A stretch of DNA of 64,000 bases from Phoronis australis (taxonomy: Eukaryota > Animalia > Phoronida). Below the pieces are notes generated by a model that made no database searches, had not been told where the DNA came from, and saw only the letters and a list, made by a program, of their open reading frames with translations. The DNA is taken from positions 195,656-259,655 of the forward strand of contig NMRA01000592.1 of assembly GCA_002633005.1 (NCBI GenBank), written 5' to 3'. Made by a program: the position numbers and the translations under genes. Shown piece by piece: positions 14,801 to 24,944 of the stretch; the first letter of the stretch is position 1; each line of letters begins with the position of its first letter.

Positions 14801-15773
14801 CCTACTGAGGCAAAGCAGCACAACTCAATCACTCATCAGGGAGACTTGGGCTGAAACATAAAGTTCATAAATCAACAAAACCTTAGTATTCCAAGAGTTG
14901 TGCCCTTGAGCAAGATTTTAATCTTGCATAATGGTTGGTGAAGCATTCACAAATGTTGAACACAAGTTTGGACAACGGTCTCACGGTAAGCGCCACCTAT
15001 GGGATATAGAGTATCTCTAAGTCTGTAGTGATTACTTCATATCACCGCATGTCTGGATAGACTTGGATTAAGACTGGAGTTGTTGATACCCAGCAGGTAC
15101 TCCTCTATTTTTGTCAAGTGTGTGTTGTTGGAAAGGTGTACCCCCATTTTGGTTAATGTGAATTCATACCAGGCTGTTGATGAAAGATGATCATTCATAA
15201 CAATATTCAAATTTATCTAACATTAGACAAGTAGACTAAAGAAATGGACTAAAGCTACTGTATCATTTTCTTCCCAGACATCATTATGAAATAAAGTTAT
15301 TAGGAAATTCCATTCAAAGCAGGTTGTGTTCCATAGATGCAAGAATTTTGTGATCACGCACTTCACTCGTAATGAATGGCGATGTCATACAAAACCTTGC
15401 ATTTTCGCGAGGTTCTTGCATGATGGAATGCTGGCCACTTAATATGTTAATAAATGACTAGTTACCAGATGTCAAATAAAGTTGATCATCTAATGTTGCA
15501 GTTTGACCTGTTTCTAATGTAGTTAAAGCCATTCATTCCACTCAAACAAAAATTAACCATGTGGCAAATCATGTTGACTTGACCAGCCATGCACCAGGCT
15601 GGTGTGCACAACGTGATTGATTTTGTACCTGCTGCCATATGTGACAAGACAGTGTTATTCTCTGTCCCAGCTAATGGCTACAGTGGGGAGAGTGAAGGCG
15701 AGTCTATAGAAGCTGCTGCTGGCTCACCAACACCAGAGTTCACCAACAGAGGGAGGGCTTACAGACATAATGG
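2815..15773 (+). CDS. N-terminal multi-exon block (5' end not found) of a large uncharacterised acidic/disordered protein with repeated SD[LTI][ED][ST]xx[TS]EDF-type motif
   Basis: 11 exons with AG/GT borders and continuous phase: 2815-2870, 3510-3576, 4034-4242, 5084-5174, 6155-6298, 7889-7978, 8455-8568, 9820-9945, 13771-14010, 14405-14470, 15671-15773; about 435 codons with no stop. Confidence 0.75.
3510..3576 (+). CDS. exon (NDSMDVTDADGEWSEESAEFNS), phase 0->1
   Basis: gtttttcag| ... G|gtcagt; phase fits neighbours. Confidence 0.7.
4034..4242 (+). CDS. exon (DCESAAQIANSKEDKEVK...DAEIDSFSIAPV), phase 1->0
   Basis: cctttcag| ... |gtaggt; inside ORF 3970-4254. Confidence 0.75.
5084..5174 (+). 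CDS. exon (PITVVTKKPPKYQPLKVQVTAQSEQTTDSL), phase 0->1
   Basis: tttttcag| ... |gtgagt. Confidence 0.75.
6155..6298 (+). CDS. exon (LSKEQSEKSKDTGLGS...SDSESDLSDLND), phase 1->1
   Basis: ttctcgttctag| ... G|gtaagg; 144 nt. Confidence 0.75.
7889..7978 (+). CDS. exon (PSIEPSEELDSDAAQTVNKNYKEIMKKKR), phase 1->1, divergent motif copy
   Basis: tacag| ... GAG|gtaaat; 90 nt. Confidence 0.75.
8455..8568 (+). CDS. repeat-motif exon (GYLRNLKTQCLDSDLESVRTEDFEVTFCLEMANLPVQ), phase 1->1
   Basis: tgtcccccag| ... AAG|gtaatc; 114 nt; motif shared with exons 9820 and 13771. Confidence 0.75.
9820..9945 (+). CDS. repeat-motif exon (ALHKKLLKKNMAHYGSDTDTVRTEDFADKFQEISVPPEGKR), phase 1->1
   Basis: branch-point-like gactaac upstream; cacag| ... 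GAG|gtgagg; 126 nt. Confidence 0.78.
12085..12323 (+). promoter_or_regulatory. candidate internal promoter and alternative first exon (MDRYHLK, ATG 12302, phase-1 donor)
   Basis: E-boxes CAGCTG at 12085 and 12197; TTATAAATAG (MEF2/TATA-like) at 12094-12103; perfect AAG|GTAAGT donor in phase with exon 13771. Confidence 0.4.
13771..14010 (+). CDS. double repeat-motif exon (...SDLESTKTEDFETTFKTIM...SDIDTVQSCLVHEKFKEAM...), phase 1->1
   Basis: tgacag| ... |gtaagt; 240 nt; inside ORF 13590-14069. Confidence 0.8.
14405..14470 (+). CDS. exon (RTVYADSDESLSGLDSEPEAA), phase 1->1
   Basis: gttgcag| ... CAG|gtgagt; acceptor choice somewhat uncertain. Confidence 0.7.
15671..15773 (+). CDS. exon (NGYSGESEGESIEAAAGSPTPEFTNRGRAYRHNG), phase 1->2
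   Basis: tctgtcccag| ... GG|gtgagt. Confidence 0.75.
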
Positions 15774-15881
15774 GTGAGTACTGTATATATGTTGTGGTGG
15801 TAGATGTTGCTTTCAATTGTTTGGTGTCATGTGGGTTTGAGCAACTTTAATTAATAATCTGCAGGAAAGTGATTGATGCTG

Positions 15882-16037
15882 TGTCTACATCTGCCCATGT
15901 AGATGTGTGTGTCCCCATGTAGGTGGTTGAATTTATGTCTACATCTGCCCAGGTAGATGCGTGTGTCCCCATGTAGGTGGTTGAATTTATGTCTACATCT
16001 CCCCAGGTACATGATGCTGTCCCCATATATGTGGTTG
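15882..16037. repeat. 54-bp tandem repeat x~3
   Basis: units start at 15882, 15936 and 15990. Confidence 0.9.
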
Positions 16038-16888
16038 CCTGGCAAGGATTTTTATGCTGTGTGTTAGCTTTTTGTTGTCATAGAGGTATTTTTTGTTTGA
16101 GGCAGTGTGTGGGGGATTTTGCATGTGGCGATGTGTGTGACGCAGTTCACATTGTGTTGTGTCAGTACATGTGTGAACTGCCATTGATGTGAGATTGAAT
16201 TCTGGCTGTTACTTTGCACATATGTGGTGGACTTGTATCAACAATCGTAATTTTGGGGGGAGATAAGTATGTAAGTTGTACTGAACTTGTGAACAGGCCT
16301 TGTATAAGTGAAAACTAACATGGAAAAGTGCATTCCTCCAAGTTAAATCCTCTCATAGTCATTGTAAGTATAGTGTTAACTTGACCTGTCTATTTATCTT
16401 TAGAGATAACTAGTATTGTAGTCATCACTATTCTTATTGACATTTTCTCAAAGTAGCACTGCAATTAAGTGATATGTATAGGCCTTAATATGAAGAATCA
16501 AGTATACGTGCATTTAATAAGTGGAATCAAAAGCTTCTCTCGTGGCTGGTGTTCTCCTCAACATTTCGCTGACAGTACTATTTCAGTTGTTTTAAATGGT
16601 GATTCAGGCAAGCAAGATGGATAATGCTAATTTCAGATCACTGTGTTCAATAATCACATTTTATGTGAATTTCAGTTGGTGTATATTTAAGGTGTTAGGT
16701 AAACATTGATCATGTGTCTCTTGTTACCTGTGGTCGCTTCTTCTCACCTGTGCCCATGTAATGCCAAGTATACATACTTGCTGATTTCATTAAAGATCGT
16801 CATCAACAGTAATTGTGTGATTGGTGTTCATCACACAGGAATTTGCAGTATCTCTGTCTGTATCACGGTTTTCACTGTTCACTTGAAG

Positions 16889-16955
16889 ATGCACCTGGAA
16901 CTAACAACATGTCTAGTTCACCTTGCTCAAACACTATGTATTCGCATGGCAGACG
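16889..16955 (+). CDS. candidate alternative exon (DAPGTNNMSSSPCSNTMYSHGRR), phase 1->2
   Basis: ttcacttgaag| ... CG|gtatgt; same phases as exon 15671-15773. Confidence 0.3.
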
Positions 16956-18699
16956 GTATGTTCGCACACTTGTTAGTCTATTTATGGTTAAAGTCTCTAA
17001 TTTGGGAGACACTATGGCTGACGAGGGAAATTTTATTTTGACAAGTTTACTGTCAAGAAATTTGTTTTTAGCTTTGTTTAGATGGTTTAATTTATTACTT
17101 GGGTTTTTGTGCCGTACTTTTTCAAATTATGAATCAATACCTTAGTACTGTCAGAAAGATATTAAAAGGAAGGGACAGCTATTTGTGTGCATTGTAATGT
17201 GTTTTCAAATGTGATTTAAAGGTGAACTGCTCAAGTTGTCAACAATCTAAGCATTGTATCATAAACTTGGTCTTCACTTACAAAACGAGAAAGACTAGTG
17301 TTGCTGTTTTGAATATGACATGTTTACCATTGTAAAAGACTGTCCTTCCCAGACAAAATCATGTAAATAAGCTTTATCAACTGTAACCTCATAAATTGTC
17401 ATTTTTCAATCACGCCTGTTCCTTACTTACCAATTGCATTGCCCAAGTGTGACAGTTTTTGTTTATCAATATATAGCGAAAGGTTTCAGACAATCACAAA
17501 TGCCATGGACAAACTACAATAATATTACCTTTTGTGCAAAACAAACCGACATAGATTTTATTTTCGAAACCTTGGTAACTTTTCTTTGTTTGTAAATGAA
17601 ACTATATTTAACTACAGCGCCATACATTTATTAACCGTATCCAGACACGTTTCTGGGAATTTCTGAAAGTGTTAGCATTTTCAAAGCATAATTACGTGGC
17701 TGTTGTAAGAAGTAAAACAAAGAAGCTGCCGAGTGATCACATTCTGTGGACGACTGTCTACTCTTTTCTTTCTAATGGGATTGATTATTTTCCTCTCAGT
17801 TTTAGCCAGTACTTCTTCAATTAGTCAATTAGTATTTTAGAAAAATACCAAAAATCTTTTTTATCCTCTTGATATCCTAACTGGTAGTGTGCGTGTTTAT
17901 ACACAGCTAAACAGGCAGGTCCTTTCTGACACCAGAAAACATGCAGGTAAACTAACTATACTCCTTGTAGCTTTTTTGTAAGTTGATAATTAAAGTGGAG
18001 TAGTTTGCTGCAGTGCATACTGGTCTGTAAAAGGCTAGTGAAGCACACTCCTCATCTCTTGTCGATAATGTGCACACAAAACAATCTGGTAATTGCAATT
18101 TGTAGTGTACCCATTGGTGTTCAATTGGACTTAATGATGTTGAAGAGCATGGTTCACTTATGCTGTTTGACCTCACACAATTCTAACAAATTAGTGCCGG
18201 TTTTGTCAAACCATTGGCTGATTTTATCTTGTCACACCTGATCAGTTGTTCATTGGCATGTTAACAAGTGGTGATTAGTATGTTGTCAATACCTGGTCAC
18301 TTGTTAGTGAACAGGCACTGTGCTGTTAAGAAGTATAAATGGTTGGACTCATGGTCACAACATGAAGTGGATTACAGCTACTGCAGGTATCGTGAGTGAT
18401 ATAGAATTGTACATGGTGCAGAGGATGTCATGTTTATTTGTGGGCTAAACGTTCTCTAGTTTGGAACAGTTTCTAAAATTTGGGATATCAGATTTGTAGT
18501 TGAAATTAAATTTTCTTGATTCTAATGATTGGGACATGGGCTGTTTTGGTGTTTATCTTATTTCTGAAATATCGGTCACTGTATCAACAGAGCTTGAAAA
18601 TATACTTGACTGTTGATAAAATCGTCAAAAGCGGCCACTTTCGCAATGTTCTCATGAGACTCCCTGTAGTGCAATGTTTTCATGAGAGTCCCTGTGCCA

Positions 18700-18880
18700 T
18701 GCACGGCACCCTTCACTCCATTGCTATCTGAAACTATGAGACACGGCACCCTATACTTCCATGCTATCTGAAACTGCCTGGCATGGAACCTTTCGCTAAC
18801 TAGACTTTCTGAAACTGCTAGGCTTGGAGCCTTTCACTACCACACCATCTGACATTGTGCCCGGCATGACACCCTTCACT
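18700..18880. repeat. degenerate ~41-bp tandem repeat
   Basis: recurring ggcaccct..act.c...ctatctgaaact. Confidence 0.6.
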
Positions 18881-19113
18881 AGCTCCTATAAAAATACAAG
18901 AAAAACTACAAGATAAATGAAAAGGAATAAAATTACAAGTCATAAATATGAATAGCACAAAAGGACAGAAACTAATTACTATCTGAATTTTTACTTTTCA
19001 CTTTAAGATTTTGTTTCTGTGACTAAATTGGAATTTTAGTGGCAATCTGTCAAAGTTGGAAATGTTTAGACATCTTACTAGTAAATTAAATCATTACATT
19101 TTGTTTTCTTCAG

Positions 19114-22033
19114 TTATCATTACAGTCCATCCGGTGCTTCTAAGAGTTGCCATTTGCACAGAACGTTTGAAGAAGTTGAAAGTTTGGATCTGGATAGTGC
19201 TGACAACTCAGTTGAAAGCTCACCTTTAGCCAGTCTACCAGAAGAGATGAATGATGAAGATGAGCAGAGCAGGTCACATGATGTGGAGACGAGAAAACAA
19301 CAAAGAGGAACTCGAGAACTTATAGAGCCAGACTCAGAGAAAGATGAATATGGATTTTTAACTACTCATGCATCTTCTCAAAGAAATGTGAACTCTTCTG
19401 AACAAGACTGCAAACCAAAGACAGGCTTTGATCACTGTTCACAGTCAGTTGTGTACCCATCAGCACATTATCACAATTCCAGCATTTCAGTCGAGCAGCT
19501 GTTGTATCATTTGGGGTTTGGGGGATCGGACAATTTCTTCTTGCCTGAAAGGTTTGTTAAAGATTGGGTCTCCAAAGTAACCCAGAAAGGAAAATTAAGA
19601 AGACAAGTGTCAGTTCAATCTTCTGTCTCTGAAACAAACAGCATTTACTCATCCCAATCAAGCTCTTGCTTTTCTAGCTCAGGAAGTAGTCATGGTAATG
19701 GCAGTTTTCATTTTGGAAGTCCAGTCATGAGTAGTATGGACTTGACTGGGGGCTGTGTGTGTCCATGCAATTTAAGCTTTACAACAGATGGAAGCCAGAA
19801 AGTTGAATCTGATGTTAATGGCATTAGATATGGGGATGAAAGTGAAGTTATGCATGTGCAGCTATCCAAAGGTAAAAAACTTGACGTGGTAGAAGCACAG
19901 GAACCACTTGTTCATGTAAAGAAAGAGGACATAGCTCAGCAGAAGTCTTTGTACTCTGAAAGGCAATCATCTCACAGGTACAGTATTATGGAGAAGGCAA
20001 ATGTAGAGTCACAGTTAGTTTCAGGATCAGAGTCATCCTTTTGTGATGAGCTTCCCAATGTGGAGTTGGAAATAGTTTCTGGATCAGAGTCATCATTTAG
20101 TGACGGGCTGCCCGATGGAGAGTCAGCAGTAGTTTCTGGATCAGAATCTTCTTCTGGCGATGACCTGACCTTCCGTCAATCCCATAATTGTTCTCTCCGA
20201 CATTATAATTGGTGCCCTGCTCTTGAAGGAAGTGATGACGTATTCATTAATGATTGCATCTCTTTGGGGGAGATTTGTTCCACTCTGCCATCCAGAAAGT
20301 CAGCCGACTCCACCTCTTGTCAACATTTGCTGTCCCTGTCAAACAAGGAACATGAAAATTCTCTTGTCCATGGTTGTATTTCAAGAAACTCTGACAACTG
20401 TTGTCCTGAAGTGGCTAGCATACTTGATCACAACCATTGTGAATTCCCAAAAGATGCTAAAGTCTTCAATAAGTTTGACACTTGCAGCCCAAAGTCATTT
20501 AGGAGGGCCAGTGTTTTTGGTAATACTCTTCAAGTTCCCAAAATTATTTCCACATTGGAAGATCTGGATGATGGACTGAGGTCTCCTTTGTTCAGCATCT
20601 CTCCAGTTACTGTTATTGAAGTTGATAAACTTGACAATGGTTTTGATATGAATGATTCTACCAACGAGTCGGATTCAGGTGATAGTACGCAGTGCAAGTT
20701 TTATTCAAAGCCAGAAAGAGAATTACGATGTGAAGACTTCAAAGATGATATAGAAAACCAGGACAAATGTGTTTCCCCAGTTTTGATGTCTCGTGGTGTA
20801 CAGACTTGCCACTTAGTAATTGGCAGTTGCGTTGGTGGCTTGACACGTGACATGTCCTGCCAGACAAACATCTCCTGGCTAGACGACTTGTTGCCTGTCT
20901 TCATGTCAGGGTTGTTTTATCCTGGACAAATGTTTGTTAATAGCACGTTAGAGAGGATGGGCACGAAAGTTAGTAAACTACAACCTCACTGTGACAGTTC
21001 ATCTGGTGAGGAAGCCACCTCTGGTATCTCCAATTCTTCAGGAAGAGTGCCAAAGAACTGCACTGCTGCTTTGGACCCTATTCCTCACCTTTATCAATTG
21101 AAGACAGAAAACAACTGGCATGATGATGGTACCTCGCATGTCTGTAGAAGCTTTGAGGATGACCACACGGGACTAGATATAGGGAGTGACAAATGGCGAG
21201 TTACCTTTATGAATGGATGCACATATAGTGCAAGAAGCAAAGTGTCTGCCAGAAAGACTGGAATACAAAGACAGAAGCCAGTTGGTGAAAATCGCGAAGT
21301 TGAAATTGTTGAAGAGCACCAAAACATGGACTGCAGAACTGGGTATGAGTCAACAAAGTGTGCAAGAAACAGCAACAGATATCAAGAGCGGGATGTTGAT
21401 GAGGACTTTACAAACACTTCTGCTTGGGATGCTTTTTCAAGAAAAGGTGACCATTGTGTAGACCATGAGTCACAAGGCTCAGATGACCATTGTAACCATA
21501 ACCAGATGAACTATGGGTCTGGTGGATATCCTAGTGGTGACCAGAATGACCTAGCTTGTGAAGGCATCGCTGCTTCTGTTGTAACTCAAGTCTTTTTGAA
21601 ACCTGTCCACAGCAACTCAGCACGAGAAGAGATGCTGAAAGAGATTGCTATGGATTACAACTCTAGCTTTGGTGATGATGCTCTCCTTCCATCATTTAAA
21701 TGTTCCTCTGAAAGCTGCCACGACACTGCAGAGAATCACAGTACAGGATCAGGAACTACTAGCAAAGCTATGTTCCCCATCATCTTTGTAAACGATACAT
21801 CCTCAGGTTACTCAATTGACTGCTGTAGTCCTGTCACTTACTTGGCCAGCTCATCTTGCTCGCTTACCTCATCAACGCCACCTTCTGGTATTAGTGACCA
21901 GACACTTGATTGGCAGAGCACCAGTTCTGATGGGGGTGGATGTGATGGAGATGCCAACAGGTGCCCTCCTGTTGTCTGTAATGCTTGTCTTGTCTGCATG
22001 TGTCCCTGTATTGAAGTATTCCACTTGTGTTGA
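19114..22033 (+). CDS. large terminal exon (~970 codons), Ser/Asp/Cys-rich disordered protein with a KRAP/SSFA2/Tespa1 (ITPRID)-like IP3R-binding motif
   Basis: 959-aa ORF; strong acceptor ttgttttcttcag| at 19113 in phase 2; VEQLLYHLGFGGSDNFFLPERF resembles my recollection of the ITPRID-family EEILYNLGFG...IPSRF; AATAAA 53 nt after the stop. Confidence 0.8.
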
Positions 22034-22085
22034 CTAACAAGGTTTTGTTATTTGCATGCAACATTGCAAAACGTTGATATATATA

Positions 22086-22091
22086 AATAAA
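22086..22091 (+). terminator. polyadenylation signal for the 19114-22033 terminal exon
   Basis: AATAAA followed by GT/T-rich sequence. Confidence 0.5.
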
Positions 22092-23218
22092 GAATTTCGG
22101 CGCATTTATATGTTTTAGGTTGAGGTGTTGTAGCAAAATCAGTTAAATATTGCATATTGCTCTCATAATTTACATATTAATGTAGTAACCTCGAGAGGTC
22201 AAAAGGATTCCCATAAAAGTAGTTATGCTGAACTAATGTATTAAAAAAGATTTGATTTTATAAGTATGAAGATGAGGAAATAGATATTGATGACCTTGAC
22301 ATTGGCTACAGGGTGGAGACAATACTTTACTTACTGTAGATACTGGTAGACTTGGATATTGTATTGATGAAGTGAAGTCAACTGTAAAAGATGTGCCTCT
22401 AATTTTAACAGTTTATGTCACACAAGTATAAGAATAACTGCTAACAATAATAAAAAGGTATATTCATTATAGATAATCCAGCTTAGACGGAATTTTGAGT
22501 GTTGACCATATATGAATTTATGTAGGTCCATGATAAAGTGAGCTAAGATAACCTAACAACTTTCTGCATGCCCCTATCTCATTTTTGATAAATATTCTCC
22601 AATTTCAGACAGTCAGATTTTTTCCTAAACTTAATAGTGGCCTAGTTAGTCTTTAACTCTGAAATAGATGTTTGTCTCTTAAAAATTGATAATGGTATTG
22701 GTATTGGTAATGTTTTCATAAAGAAATTCAATGTTTCAATTTAAAGATAGCATCCGTACTTACTCAATAGCTAATTACTTTATGACTGACAGAGTGTCTT
22801 TTGCACTATGTAATTCACAATCAGAAATGCATTTTGCATATTTTGTTTTATGAAAATTCAAGTGTTTGATTTAAATAGTTTCTGTCTGGGTCAGTGGTGT
22901 CCCCAACATTTACTGTTTCTAAAATTTCAACCACACTTGATTCAGTTTCATTATTTAATTAAAGAACTGGAAGGGTAATATGTAAGATAAACATCAGCAC
23001 AAAGACACAAAATAGTGTACTCTTTGTATGTACCATGGTACTCTTTATTTGGTAATTTACACCTTGTTGGTTGATTATAATGTGTGTTATAGAGGGTCAC
23101 CAGATTAGTGTGTGCTATTATAAAGCAGTTATCAGCTTGGCACCACAATGGGCTCCAACCTGCAATATTTCATTCAGTTATAAACCATAGAATTTGATAA
23201 GCTGCCTACTATACAATG

Positions 23219-23350
23219 TTTGGCGGGAAATTGTAACAGGCGGCTGCTAGGAGTGCGAGTGCGTGCGATGCAGGGTCCAGAGTACCGCTGGAATTGTTTA
23301 CACGGTCAACCATTCAAGGAGAAAATGGACAAACTGAGACGTAGGCTCAG
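23219..23350 (+). promoter_or_regulatory. candidate promoter and first exon (MDKLRRRL, ATG 23325, phase-2 donor) for the coiled-coil block
   Basis: locally CpG-rich patch; TTTGGCGGGAAA E2F-type site at 23219-23230; aaaATGG context; CAG|gtgatg in phase with exon 24774. Confidence 0.5.
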
Positions 23351-24773
23351 GTGATGTTCTTGTCTGCTCCACCCTTTAAAACATTGCAAATATGAGCACA
23401 TTTTAAGCTGCTGCTAAGTTGTCTGTTGCATAAAAAGAAGATAATCATCTAAACTATTTGATGTCAACATTGTTCACCCTGATATGAATGGGTTCTAGTC
23501 ATGTTTGCTTTGTTGGTCACTAGTGTTGTTGACATGTCTGTCTGCATGCTATTGTGTGGTGCTCTGAGTGGTCTGTGAAGTCTAGGACCAGTCTTCTTTG
23601 GTGATACAGTCCTATTACAGCGCTATAACCCGACTGTATAATCACAACTACTGTGAAGCATTTGTGTCCATAGTCATTGAATTTGTTATCATGTTATGCT
23701 AGATGGTGATGGTTTGTGGCTGAGGCTTCAGATTTATGCATGTTTTTTTAACACCTACGTGTTGTACAGTTGGAGGATATTGTGTCTGACGTGTTTTGTC
23801 TGTTAGGCCTGGCAGTTTTTTGTGTGTATTGGCTGTGATTGGCTGACTATGTGAAAGTCATGTTTCCTGGAACCCAGTTGTTCATGTGGACATGTGTCCA
23901 GATATCTGACAGATTACGACACTGTATATTATACTGATTAGTTTTGCAAGTTATTGGAAATTTTTCTGTAATTTACTTAATTCCTAGTTTTGATTGATAT
24001 GTCAGTTAATAACACTTGACAAAGCATATTATGAAGTTGTATTTTATTGTACAATTGTGGACTGATCCAGTAAGGGCAGTGTCAGCTGTTGTATGGACCA
24101 ATGAATAGCAATGTTTTCTCCGCCCTTGACTGAGGGCAACATTGCTCTCCATCGGTCCTAATTTGACATAACCAAGGGTTCAGTACAAATTTGTTTTATT
24201 ATTTATATGACCTCTGGTGTTTCTTCCCTCCGATTCCTTCTTGTCTGTTTGGTTGTCTTTGATGCATCCAGGTATTTACTGCTCCCTAACACTGTTAGGG
24301 CTTTATGGTTTTTGCATGTTCTTATTGTGTTCATGAAAAGCGCCATGTGTAAAGTGGGTGGTTTGAAAAGGGATTTTGTTCAGCTATTCAGGCAACGATC
24401 ACTTGATATCTAAAGTCATTGTACAGTGTTTTAGCCCATCGGAGGACGGGTATCAGTGGTCATATAGTAATAATGATGATGACGATGACTATGACAATAA
24501 TAATAATAATAATAACAATAATATTATAATAATGTAATTTAAATTTTTAGGTGGCTGGATATAATTCATCTTATTAATTGTTACTATCTTTTCTCCAATG
24601 GCTATTTTGATCAAATCGAAAATTGACCATGGATCCATGAAATTAGAATGTGATGTTGTCGTGGCGCAAAATTCCTGGTGATAATACTCGATTGAACTTA
24701 AATTTGAGTGGGATTTGGATCTCTTGTTTTTGATATTATTTTCTGGTGTACAATGGTGGATCTCGTCTTGCAG

Positions 24774-24944
24774 TCAAAATGGACACGAGCCTGTCAATGG
24801 TCACCATAACAACGAGGACATTGACCTGTCAGTGGAGGCCCAACAGATTGAGGAAGAGTCAGCCTCCATCCAAAGACAAATGGAGAAGGAAAGGAGGATG
24901 AAATATGGTACACCTAAAGAAAAACTTGCCACCGAGGTTATCAG
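24774..24944 (+). CDS. exon (QNGHEPVNGHH...SVEAQQIEEESASIQRQMEKERR...EVI), phase 2->2
   Basis: tcttgcag| ... CAG|gtaatg. Confidence 0.8.
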
